Part shown: positions 46,040 through 57,894 of the stretch, piece after piece
How positions within the stretch are numbered: position 1 is the stretch's first letter
How the letters are laid out: each line of letters begins with the position of its first letter
Source of the DNA: Mobula hypostoma
Taxonomy: Eukaryota
Direction of reading: 5' to 3'
Assembly: GCF_963921235.1 (NCBI RefSeq)
Contig: NC_086108.1
Span: forward strand, 95,544,001-95,608,000
Length of the DNA stretch: 64,000 bases
Program-made: the position numbers and the translations under genes
The notes under the pieces: model-generated
Database searches by the model: none
Told to the model about the DNA's origin: nothing
What the model saw: the letters and a program-made list of their open reading frames with translations, nothing else

Positions 46040-47820
46040 GTACAGTACAGAAACAGGCTCTTCAGCCAACAAAATAGTGCTGACCAGGAACTCAAAACAA
46101 ACTAATCCCATTTGTTGGCACATGATCTACATTCCTCCATTTCCTGCACGGTTTTATGCCCGTCTAAACGCCTCCAACACTATCATTAGATATCATACAA
46201 GGATCCACCAACCAACCCACTACCCCTCCCCACAACAAGAAGTCTGTGTTGGAAAACTTACCTCGCACATTTCTTAAACTTCAAGCTCTGGCATGTAGTA
46301 TTTCACATTTCAAATCCTGGGACAAACCTCCAATTATTTACCATAGCTATGCCTCTCATAATTTAATTTGCTTCTTTCAGGACATCCCTCAGACTCCAAT
46401 ACCGGAGAAAATGATCCAAGTTTGTGCACACTCCCCTTAAAGTAATTACCTACTAATCTAGGCAACATCCTGGTGAACCTTTTCTGCACCTCCTCCAAAG
46501 CCTCCACATCTTTCCTGTAATGTGGCTAACAGCATTACACGTGATAGTCCAAATGTGGTCGAACCAAAGCTTTATAAGGCTACATCATGACTTGCCAAAC
46601 TTTATAATCAAAGCCCCAAGCAATGATGGAAAACATGCTGTATGCCTTCATTACCAATCTATCTCTGGTGTTGCCATTTTCAGGCAGCACTGGACTTGCT
46701 ACATCAACGCTCTTCTAATGGTTCTGCCATTTACTGCATACTTTCCCCTTATTTTTGACTTCCGAAAGTGCAACACCTCATACTTATCCAGATTGAACTC
46801 CATCTGCGATTTCTCCTCCCATATACCGCTTTATCCTTTGACAACTTTCTTTACCAACTCTGTCAATTTTTGAGTGGTCTACTAACTTACTAATCAGACT
46901 AGCTATTTTATCAGTTATATGTACCGCACATAGAGGCTGTAGCACTGATCCTGTGGAAAAGCACTGGTCATTGACCTTATGTCAGAAAAACACCCCTCAG
47001 CCACTACACTCTGTCTTCTGTAACCAAGCTAATTTTGAATACAATCTAGCCAGTCATGTGGAACCCACATCTCTTAATCTTCTGGATCAGCCTACAATGA
47101 GGGACCTTGTCAATGTACATAACATCTATTCCCTACTGTCACCAATCACTTTTTTGTCACCTCCTCAAAAAAACTTTATCAAGTTCATAAAACATGTCTT
47201 GCCTCACATTAAGCCATACTGATGGTCATTAATAAACCCACACTTTACAAATGTGATTAAATCCTATCCCTAAGAACCCTCTCTAATAGTCTCCCTACTA
47301 CTGATGTCAGGCTCACTGACCTATAATTTTTGGATTATCCTTAATGCCCTTCTAGGAACAATGCTGGCTTCTCTACAGTGCTCTGGAAAATTGCCCGTGT
47401 CAAGGCCTCAGATATCTCCTCTATTGCTTCTCTCAATAATCCGGGATAGATCCTATCAGACCTTGGGAAGGTATCCACCTTAATGTTCTTCAAAAAATCC
47501 AATAACTCCTCTTACTTGATATTACCATGGTCAAGAATATTGGCATACCGCACACTGATCTCATTATCCTCCACATCATTCTCTTTGGTGAATGCCAATG
47601 CAAATTACTCATGTAGTACCTCCCACTACTTTAGACTCCAGTTATAAATTTCCTCCCTTGTCCTTGAGTGGCCTTATCCTTTCCCTAGTACCCTGTTTTG
47701 CTTTTAATGTATGTATAAAATGCCTTGGGATTTTCTTTAATCCTACTCATCAAGGACACTTCATGGCTTCTTCTGGCCTTGCTAATCCCTTTGAAGTTCT
47801 TTCCTGCTTCATTATCATCC
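46040..47820 (-). mobile_element. Ancient degraded CR1 LINE
   Basis: Reverse-complement CR1 ORF2 remnants (ctactactgatgtcaggctcactgacctataatt; ggcaacatcctggtgaacctt) with no long ORF. Confidence 0.65.
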
Positions 47821-47908
47821 TTACTTCCTTAACAACTTATATTAAAATTGAAAGAAAATGAAATTATTACAGTAAATACAAATCAGAAATGTGGAATAAA
47901 TACTTCAC

Positions 47909-47997
47909 CTTTCTTGTTCACGTGACCACAGCGGATCATTTGGAATCTGAGCTTCCAAATACTTGGAAGCCTTGTAACAAAAATTGCTGCAAAAATG
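47909..47997 (-). CDS. RPAP2: RPAP2 coding exon (89 bp), [29 protein letters not shown](R)
   Basis: tttacag acceptor and gtgaag donor; FCSNFCY.AS motif completes the Rtr1 zinc finger; phase 0/2. Confidence 0.93.
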
Positions 47998-48464
47998 CTG
48001 TAAATATAATAAAATATCTCAGTATCAGTTTTAATGGGATTGACATTTACAGAGAACACGTTATAAGATATAGGAGCAGAATTAGGCCATTTGGCCCATC
48101 TGCAATTTAAACATCTGAACTCCTAAATTCTTTAACGTTTTTCTCTGAAGAAAAGCAATATATGCAATGTTATACAATCCAATTGGCACTACGTCTCAGT
48201 TTATACTTTGTCCTAGTTTGAACAGGTTCCTAAATTACGATGGTCATTGAGCCAACTTATTTAATCAACAGGAGGAACATTCTAGCCAAGGTCTTTGTTT
48301 TCACATGGCTAACTCATTTGCTTTTCTGATTGTTCAGAAACCTATCAATCATCTTCAATAGTCAGTTTACCGGAGGTCAGTAAACAGCATTTCGTGACAA
48401 CAAAAGAGGAATCTGGAACAAAAAAAGATTGAAGAACTCAGGAGGTCCAGCAGCAACGGTGAAA

Positions 48465-48633
48465 CATATGTCACTGTTTCAGCTTTAGACACTGTATCAG
48501 GTAAAATGCATATGTCAATGTTTCAATTTTAGACACTGTATCAGGTAAAATGCATATGTCAATGTTTCAGCTTTAGACACTGCATCAGGTAAAATGCATA
48601 TGTCAATGTTTCAGTTTTAGACACTGTATCAGG
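48465..48633. repeat. 44-bp minisatellite (~3.8 copies) within a Penelope pLTR remnant
   Basis: Unit catatgtcaatgtttcagctttagacactgtatcaggtaaaatg at 48465, 48509, 48553 and 48597. Confidence 0.9.
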
Positions 48634-50294
48634 GCATCTGGTGATACTTAAAACGTCAATCAACTATATGAAAACGGATATAATATTGCATGATCTTTTC
48701 CTCCAGGATTCTCAACTTTGCATAAATAGACTGATGGGCTGAACCGTGTTAGCAACAGATAGCAGTTCAAAAAGGGACAGGCAAATTTCAGTTAATGAAA
48801 TTGTCCTAACTCTGGACCCATGTGCTAAGAAATGAGGGAATGTTAACTTTCACAGTGTGATTTTGGGACAGAATCTGTCCCCAAATTTACCACAAAGAAA
48901 CACAGCAGTAGAGCTGTTCATGCTTGGGCTTGGCACAGAATCTGAAACTTTATTGACTTCATGATGGGATTTGTTGGGCATAGACAAATTACTTTTGTCT
49001 AACACACAACTTTTTAAAAGCAATAAGTTATTTTACTTTATCTTAATGCTTTTAAAATGCTTAAGTGCTTTCAATTAACTTGATTTTTAAAAATTCATTT
49101 CAAATTTAATAAGCTTTTCACATGCTGAAACAATATAACTTGGAGGTTTCAAAGTTCTGTCACCAGCTGTGAGGAGTATTTTGGAGTTCGCACCCCCACA
49201 CTTTTTTGCTTCCAGGCATTACCCAGACCCCACCAGTGGGCTCCAGCACGAGGAGCAGCAGCAAAAACCTTCCACATCTGGGACAGGTAAGTGGAGCAGG
49301 GAGGGACACGAGGCAATGGCTGGTGAGTCTGGATCAGCACGATCTGACCTAATGTCCCGTCGGACACCGAAAATGAATTTAAAAGCAAAGCATCCACTTA
49401 AGAAAATGTTGCAACATTTTCTTGAAATTGAATTGATCACGATATCCACTTAGTTGACTACGCCAATTCTACAACAGAAAAATTATGTTCCACTGATAGG
49501 CAATGCAACATTGCAGATCTCAAGGCAATCTTACATTAAAAATTGGCTCTCAGCTAACTGTGAGGCCCAGGATAGTAGATAGCATAACAAGGCATAACTA
49601 ACAAAAGTTTAATAAAAGTGAACATACTCTGAGCAAATTTTAGAACTATCAATGCTAAGTTGAAATTCCATGATGGGAATTGATCTCACTGTTTTTGAAT
49701 TGTATGCCCAGTAACAATAAGATTAAGAATAGCATTATTTTGACGTATACGTGACAAATATCGAAACAAAACAGTGAAATGCATCACTTGTGATGTGCTG
49801 GGGGCAGCCCGTAAATGTTGCCATGCCTCTGGTGCCACACGGCATGCCCACAACTCACTAACCCCAACCCATACATCTTCAGAGTGTAGGAAGGAACAGG
49901 AGCACCTTGAGGCAATCCACGTAGTCGTGGGGAAAACATACAAACTTCTTACAGACAGCGATGGAATTGAATTCCGATCGCTGGTGCTGTAAAGCAATAC
50001 GCTACGCTACCAGCTGCCCTTTATAAGATTTATTTAGCACTCCTGGACAACTATTAACCTTTTGCTTTTGAAGCTACACCGATATTTATTATTGTCTGGT
50101 TGAGAAGTGGAGAACCAACTACTGTCTGGTTGAGAAGTATTGATATGTACGTAGTGTAGGAAGGCTGTCATGAATCTAGAGTGAGGTGCTAACCCTATTA
50201 TCATACTGAACCCACAGGATATGAGGGTGATCTTTTATTACAGTGAATATTTCAAAAACAAATAAACCAACTAAAGATAATTTGAAAATCTTGC

Positions 50295-50360
50295 CTTTCT
50301 TTCTGTAATATCATAAACTCGATTTGTTTTGGTAGATATTTTGTATTGCTGCTTAGGTAC
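50295..50360 (-). CDS. RPAP2: RPAP2 coding exon (66 bp), VPKQQYKISTKTNRVYDITERK; non-canonical GC donor
   Basis: ttctag acceptor; peptide matches the conserved RPAP2 KYKISTKTNKVYDITERK; exon ends AAG|gcaaga; phase 0/0. Confidence 0.92.
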
Positions 50361-52066
50361 CTAGAATTATGTAAAAAAAAAAGAAATGTTAAAACAAGCA
50401 AGCTAGCTGATTAACAGAAATAAGATTCATTACATAGAGACCAATATCGTCATGGGATCAATGTAAACAGTTAACTGATTTGAGCCACAGGAGTACAGCA
50501 ATTTCCCTTAAAAGCCCAAGGGGGAAAAGTGGGTATTGTGTTTCCTCTGAACTCTGAAAAATATTCCTGTTCTAACAAAGACAGTATCACTTCAGATGTC
50601 CTTAATCAAACAGTCTACTCATACTAACTATATGGGCTCCCTGCATATAGAACCACTCCCCAGCTAGTTTAAAATGCTGCTGCTAAAGCACAGTGATGAC
50701 TTGCTAGCTGCAAACGAAACTATGATCATACTTTTTCTTGGAAATGATTGCTACGATCAATAGCCTGTAACTTCCCTTTCAGAGTTGAGTTTTTGAACTG
50801 CCTTACGACCTGGCATTTTTGTGGTGTGAACTGAAGTCTCAAAGGTGCAGGATGGTGCGTAGGAACTAAATCGAGGCAGTGGAGCCTGGCTCTGAGAGCA
50901 GGGAATGAGCCGATGTTTGGCCATTGCTGGAGTGGACTTGGAGGCAATTCGAAGCAGCAGATTTGAGGTGAGGTGAGGTGAGGCAATGTCGAGGTGGTAG
51001 GGCCCAGCCCCAGAGCAAGGACTGACATGCTGCTTGGCTGATTTAAGTACTGGGCCAGATTGGAAAGGCTGGGTACAGGCTGAATCAAACCAGCACAGCC
51101 CAGGCCCAAGAGCAAATCGAAACGGCGGGACCTGAGTCTGAGAGCAAGGAACAACCTGCTGTTTGGCCAATTTAAATGCCAGGTCAGGTGGGAAAGGTTG
51201 GGTACAGGCCAAATTGAGACAGCGGGGCCCGGACTCCGGGCCCGATAGTCTATCAAAGTGGCAGAGCATTAAGTATAGGAGGAACTGGGTAGACCCAGAG
51301 AAGCAGGCTACCTGAAGTTGGAGAATTCAACATTTATGTTGTAGAGTAGCCTGGTGGAATATGAGGTGTTGTTCCTGTAGTTTGCTTTTGGCCTCACCCT
51401 GGCAGTGGAGGAGACAGAGGACAGACAGGTTGGTGAGGGAGTTATGTTTGGGGTTTGCCAGTCCAATGATATCCTCTCTGAATTCAGTAAGTTTCAAAAA
51501 TCTGCAATCAATGACTCCACTACTTCTGCAGATGCTTTCGTTGCCTCTAGGCCACTGGATCCAACCAGCTTATCTGTCTTTAGCTCCATTAGTTTTTCTA
51601 ACTTGTCCTTTGTGCTAGGTATTGTCAAAGTTCTCCATGCCATTTGAAACTATCTATCAGATAATTGCTACAATTTACCAATAAGATCCGATAATGAAGG
51701 ACAAAACCAAGCTACAAGGTCCATTATAATTTAACTATATTTGCCATATGGTCAAATTACCTCCTGAGCTTTAAATTCCACTACTCATAAGAAAAAGAAA
51801 TGGGAATCAGTCACTGGCCTTTCAAGTCTACTCTGTCATTAAAATAATGGCAGATCAATCTCATCTTCACCGTCCTGCAATATTTTAGTTGATTTCTCAA
51901 TTCCCCTAGTTTTCAATTATATATTGATTTCTGTACTGAACATACACAACAATTGAGTATCCAATCCTCAATGACTCAGCATTCCTAAAATTCCCCACTA
52001 AAGCTGAACTTACTGAAATATAAACAACTTCCTGAATCTATTCAAAGGCAGATTAGACAGACTTAC

Positions 52067-52165
52067 ATTTCCAAGGGCATTTTGACAAATTGGATAACCA
52101 CACCGTTCGATGATGGAACGTTCTTCCACAAGATCTTGATAATGGGCAGCAGTAATAAACTTCAT
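52067..52165 (-). CDS. RPAP2: RPAP2 internal coding exon (99 bp), [33 protein letters not shown]
   Basis: tttag acceptor and gtaagt donor; the YxDxVEERSI..CGYPxC motif is the Rtr1/RPAP2 zinc-finger start; phase 0/0. Confidence 0.93.
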
Positions 52166-52321
52166 CTAAATTGAATCAGAAATCAGAATACACTGTGAAG
52201 GCTCAAGCAAGTTTCTAAATACACAATATATAAAAACTAACATTAATTATTCAACAAAAATTACAATGTTACTAAATGTCAGTTGGTAGCTACCCATTAG
52301 GAAAGTTAAACCCTAAGCTAT

Positions 52322-55300
52322 AACCGCATTAGGGAACTGGAGCAAGAGCTGGATGACCTCCAGCTCATTTGGGAGAATGAGGAGTTTATAGATAGTAGCT
52401 TCAGGGAGGTAGTTACGCTAGAGGAGCAGCGCACAGGTAATTGGGTTACCGAAAGGCGAGGGAAGGGGAAAGGGCAGGCACAGCAGGGTTCCCCTGTGGC
52501 CATTCCCCTCAACAACAAGTATACTGATTTGGATACTGTTAGGGGGGATGACTTACCTGGGACAAGCTGCGGCAACCGGATCTCTGGCACCGAGTCTGGT
52601 TCTGCAGTGCAGAAGGGAGGGTGGAAGAAGAGAGCGGTAGTGATAGGGGACTTGATAGTTAGAGGTACAGAAATGAGGTTCTGTGGTCGTGACAGAGACT
52701 CCTGGATGGTTCATTGCCTCCCGGGTGCCAGTGTCAGGGATGTCTCTGACCGTGTGCACGGCATTCTGAAGTGGGAGGGTGATCAGCCAGATGTCATGGT
52801 ACACATCGGTACCAATGATGCAGGAAGGAAGAGTGAGTATAGAGAGCTTGGTAGGAAGTTAAAAAGCAGGACCTCGAGGGTGGTAATCTCAGGATTGCTA
52901 CAGGTGCCACATGCCAGTGAGGGTAGGAATAGGATGCTCTGGCGAATGAACACGTGGCTGAGGAACTGGTGTAGGGGGCAGGGTTTCAGATTTCAGGATC
53001 ATTGGGACCTCTTCTGGGGCAGGTGGGACCTGTACAAGAGAGACGGGTTACACCTGAACTACAAGGGGACCAATATCCTTGCAGGGAGGTTTGTTAGTGC
53101 TATTAGGGAGGGCTTAAACTAGATTTTGAGGGGGATGGGAACCAGAGTGCCAGAGCAGATAGTGGAGTGGGGGTGAAGATAAATTATGTTAAAAGTTCAT
53201 GTAAAGTGTCAAATAGAAGGGTTGTGTGTGGTAGTTATAATCTTCTGAGGTGTGTCTATTTCAATGCAAGGAGTATTGTGGGGAAGGCAAACAAGCTGAG
53301 GGAGTGGATTGACACATGGAATTACGACATTATAGCCATTAGTGAAACTTGGCTACAGGTGGGGCAGGACTGGCAGCTTAATGTTCCAGGGTTCCAATGT
53401 TTCAGACGTGATAGAGGTAGAGGAATGAATGGTGGGGGGGGGGGGTGGCATTGCTAGTCAGGGAAAATGTTACAGCAGTGCTCAGGCAGGACAGATTAGA
53501 GGGCTTGTCTACCGAGGCCACGGGGGGGGAGCTGAGAAACAGGAAAGGTATGACCACATTAATGGGGTTGTATTATAGACCACCTAAGAGTCAGTGAAAA
53601 TTGGAGGAGCAAATCTGCAGAGGGATTGCAGACAACTGCAGGAAACATAAAGTTATGATCGTAAGGGATTTTAATTTTCCACTTATTGATTGGGATTCCC
53701 ATACTGTTAAAGGCCTAGACGGGTTAGAGTTTGTAAAATGTGTTCAGGAAAGTTTTCTAAATCAATATATAGAGGTACCAACTAGAGCGGATGCAATATT
53801 AGATCTCCTATTAGGGAACAAGTTAGGACAGGTGACGGAAGTGTGTGTAGGGAAACACTTTGGTTCCAGTGATCATAACACCATTACTTTCAACTTGATC
53901 ATGGATAAAGATAGATCTGGTCCTCCGGTTGAGGTTCTAAACTGGAAAAAGGCCAAATTTTAGAAATGAGAAAGGATCTAAAAAGCATGGATTGGGACAG
54001 GTTGTTCTCTGGCAAGGATGTGATTGGTAAGTGGGAGGCCTTCAAAGGAGAAATTTTGAGAGTGCAGAGTTTGTATGTTCCTGTCAGGATTAAAGGCAAA
54101 GTGAATAAGAATAAGGAACCTTGGTTCTCAAGGGATATTGGAACTCTGATAAAGAAGAAGAGAGAGATGTATAGCATGTATAGGAAACAGGGAGCAAATA
54201 AGGTGCTTGAGGAGGAAGTGCAAAAAAAACTTAAGAAAGAAATCAGGAGGGCTAAAAGAAGACATGAGGTTGCTTTGGCAGTCAAGGTGAAGGATAATCC
54301 AAAGAGCTTCTGCAGGTATATTAAGAGCAAAAGGATAGTAAGGGATAAAATTGGTCCTCTTGAAGATCAGAGTGGTCGGCTATGTATGGAACCAAAAGAA
54401 ATGGGGGAGATCTTAAATGGGTTTTTTTGTGTTTGTATTTACTAAGGAAACTGGCATGGAGTCTATGGAAATAAGGCAAACAAGTAGTGAGGTCATGGAA
54501 CCTATACAGATTGAAGAGGAGGAGGTGCTTGCTATCTTGAGGCAAATCAGAGTAGATAAATCCCCAGGACCTGATAGGGTATTCCCTCCAACCCTGAAGG
54601 AGACTAGTGTTGAAATTGCAGGGGCCCTGGCAGATATATTTAAAATGTCAGTATCTACGGGTGAGGTGCTGGAGGATTGGATGATAGCTCATGTTGTTCC
54701 GTTGTTTAAAAAGGGCTCTAAAAGTAATCTGGGAAATTACAGGCCAGTGAGCTTGATGTTGGTAGTAGGTAAATTATTGGAAGGAGTACTAAGAGATAGG
54801 ATCTACAAGTATTTGGATAGACAGGGACTTATTAGGGAGTCAACATGGCTTTGTGCGTGGTAGGTCATGTTTAACCAATCTATTAGAGTTTTTCGAGGAG
54901 GTTACCAGGAAAGTGGATGAGGGGAAGGCAGTGGATGTTGTCTACATAGACTTCGGTAAGGCCTTTGACAAGGTCCCACATGGGAGGTTAGTTAGGAAGA
55001 TTCAGTCGCTAGGTATACATGGAGAGGTAGTAAATTGGATTAGACATTGGCTCAATGGAAGAAGCCAGAGAGTGGTAGTGGAGGATTGCTTGTCTGAGTG
55101 GAGGCCTGTGACTAGTGGTGTGACACAGGGATCAGTGCTGGCTCCATTCTTATTTGTCATCTATATCAATGATCTGTATAATAATGTGGTAAATTGGATC
55201 AGCAATTTTGCTGGTGATACAAAGATTGGAGGTGTAGTGGACAGTCAGGAAGGTTTTCAAAGCTTGCAGAGGGATTTGGACCAGCTGGAAAACTGGGCTG

Positions 55301-56118
55301 AAAAATGGCAGATAGAGTTTTATACAGACAAGTGTGAGGTATTGCACTTTGGAAGGACAAACCAAGGTAGAACATACAAGGTAAATGGTAGGGCACTGAG
55401 GAGTGCAGTAGAACAGAAGGATCTGGGAATACAGATACAAAATTCCCTAAAAGTGGCATCACAGGTAGATAGGGTCGCAAAGAGAGCTTTTGGTACATTG
55501 GCCTTTATAAATCGAAGTATTGAGTATAAGAGCTGGAATGTTATGGTGAGGTTGTATAAGGCATTGGTGAGGCCGAATTTGGTGTATTGTGTGCAGTTTT
55601 GGTCACCAAATTATAGGAAGGATATTAATAAAGTTGAAAGAGTGCAGAGAAGGTTTACAAGGATGTTGCCGGGACTTGAGAAACTCAGTTACAGAGAAAG
55701 GTTGAATCGGTTAGGACTTCATTCCCTGGAGCGTAGAAGAATGAGGGGAGATTTGATAGAGGTATATAAAATTATGATGGGTATAGATAGAGTGAATGCA
55801 AGCAGGCTTTTTCCACTGAGGCTAGGGGAGAAAAAAACCAGAGGACATGGGTTAAGGGGGAAAAGTTTAAAGGAAACATTAGGGGGGGGCTTCTTCACAG
55901 AGAGAGTGATGGGAGTGTGGAAGGAGCTGCCAGATGAAGTGTTAAATGCGGGCTCACTTTTATCATTTAAGAAAAACTTGGACAGGTACATGGACGAGAG
56001 GTGTATGGAGGGATATGGTCCAGGATGCAGGTCAGTGGGACTAGGCAGAAAAATGGTTCAGCACAGCCAAGAAGGGCTAAAAGGCCTGTTTCTGTGCTGT
56101 ACTGTTCTATGGTTCTAT
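52322..56118 (+). mobile_element. Long CR1 LINE of a second, older subfamily: most of ORF1 (esterase) plus disrupted ORF2
   Basis: ORF 52496..53122 (VVIGDLIVRG, CLPGA, HIGTND, DGLHLN); APE pieces 53167..53963; RT 54417..56211; ttctatggttctat tail. Confidence 0.93.
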
Positions 56119-57776
56119 AAAAGCAAGATTGAAAGATGGTATTTGTTACATCATCATTACATTGTGACCTACACAATCAATAAGGGTTTTTTAACAGTTA
56201 AAAACAGATGATAACTAACATGTAGGCGTGGCAATGTTCAAAGTAAATTTATTATCAAAATATGTTTATGTCACCCATGAGATTCATTTTCTTGCAGGCA
56301 TTTACAGTAGAACAAAGAAATACAACAGAATCAATGAGAAAAATAGATAGAAAGAATAACAAACAATTAATGTGCAAAAGATAAGACAGTGCAAATACAA
56401 ATAATAATAATAATACATAAGTATATAAAAATATAGAGAACATAAGTTGTGGAGAATTTGAAAGAGAGTCCATAGGTAGTGGAATCAGTTCAATGTTGAA
56501 GTGAGTGAAGTTACCTATGCTGGTTCAGGAGCCTGATGAAATCTGCTTTTGGATCAAGCCATGCTGGACTCATTAAAGGATATTAACTGCCCACAACTGA
56601 GATTAATCTGTTATGTCACACCAAGGAGGTATCCAACAGAGCCTGGTCTGCCTCAGGTGATATTGTGCAAAGGATCCATCCCCAGAACTGCCTGACAGTT
56701 GTCGATAGGTGGCAAAGCTGGGTGGTTGACCTCAGCCGGTGGTCAAAGCCTGAGAAACCTTTACTACTAAAAAATTTCTTAATATGCCCAACATTTACTT
56801 CCTGTAAATTTGTGACAGAGAGCACTCGGTAAATGCATTCCTTACACACACACACACACACACACAGCCTTGTTATTCTGCTGTGTACACAGTTTAATGT
56901 CTTCCCCAGTATATGCTCATTAGGGCTGATGTGCTCAGGTTGGCTTTATGATGCCTTTCCTGCCATACACAGTAGAGTATTCTATTGCTTTAGTAATGGG
57001 GATGTGTAAGTGTGTATATATTGTTTGTATTGTCACGCAGGTGAGAAACTGCTAGAAAGTTCAGCAGTCTAATGAACAAGGAGGCAATTAAAAGAAAGAG
57101 AGAGTACGGCGCGAGCTGAGACACGAGCTGGGAAGTCACCATGGTAACAGCTCAGAGCGGTTGAGCTGGAATTTTGGATGGATTATAAAAAGTTGATCCT
57201 TTGGTCTGACAACAGCAGAGGAGACACGACGTGAGAGAACTGGGGAAGCTACCCAAGAAACCACTGGTGGAGTTTAAGACCACCACGAGGGTGGAGGCCA
57301 TGGACCGATTAATTTCGACCCGCGATTACCAGTGTGGGTAAGAGCTTGCCTGTGGGGGGTCTGCTGGTGGTGCCGTGGGTTAGTAGACCGTTCCCTAGAA
57401 GGGGTTCTGTCCATCTGTGTCTGTGTGGGAGTCACACGAAGTGACTCTGAAGACTTCAGAAGCAAGAACAACTAAAGCTGCCAACTTGAACATTAACTCT
57501 CACTCTCTCTCTCTCCATCAATTTAACTCGATGCAACACAAAGTGAACTGAACTGCTTAAACTTACCTGACACCATCAGACTGATATCTACCTCCTGGAC
57601 TATTATTTTTGTATCCACACACACATTTACGGATATATATAAGTTTATAACCTCCATTGTATTATTCGGTTTAATGATATTAATTCGTAGTAGTAATAAA
57701 TACAGTCTTAATTTATAGTAAACCAGACTCCAGGTGTGTTCCATTTCTGCTGGTCCTTTTCAACCCGTGACAAAAT

Positions 57777-57795
57777 TGGGGCCTGTGTCCAGGAT
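57777..57795 (+). promoter_or_regulatory. Putative primer-binding site, tRNA-Pro-like (degenerate)
   Basis: tggggcctgtgtccaggat 4 nt after the 5' LTR resembles TGGGGGCTCGTCCGGGAT. Confidence 0.5.
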
Positions 57796-57894
57796 CTGAA
57801 CAAATTTGGTTGGAGCCAATTTTCAAAATTGTGTGGGGGCTTGTCTTGATTGGGGAAATCCCTTGTAATTAATCTGTGTGTGGAAACAGCAGAA

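Noticed and set aside
48465..48633. CRISPR-like array
   Set aside because: Contiguous units with no unique spacers, no cas genes, eukaryotic context.
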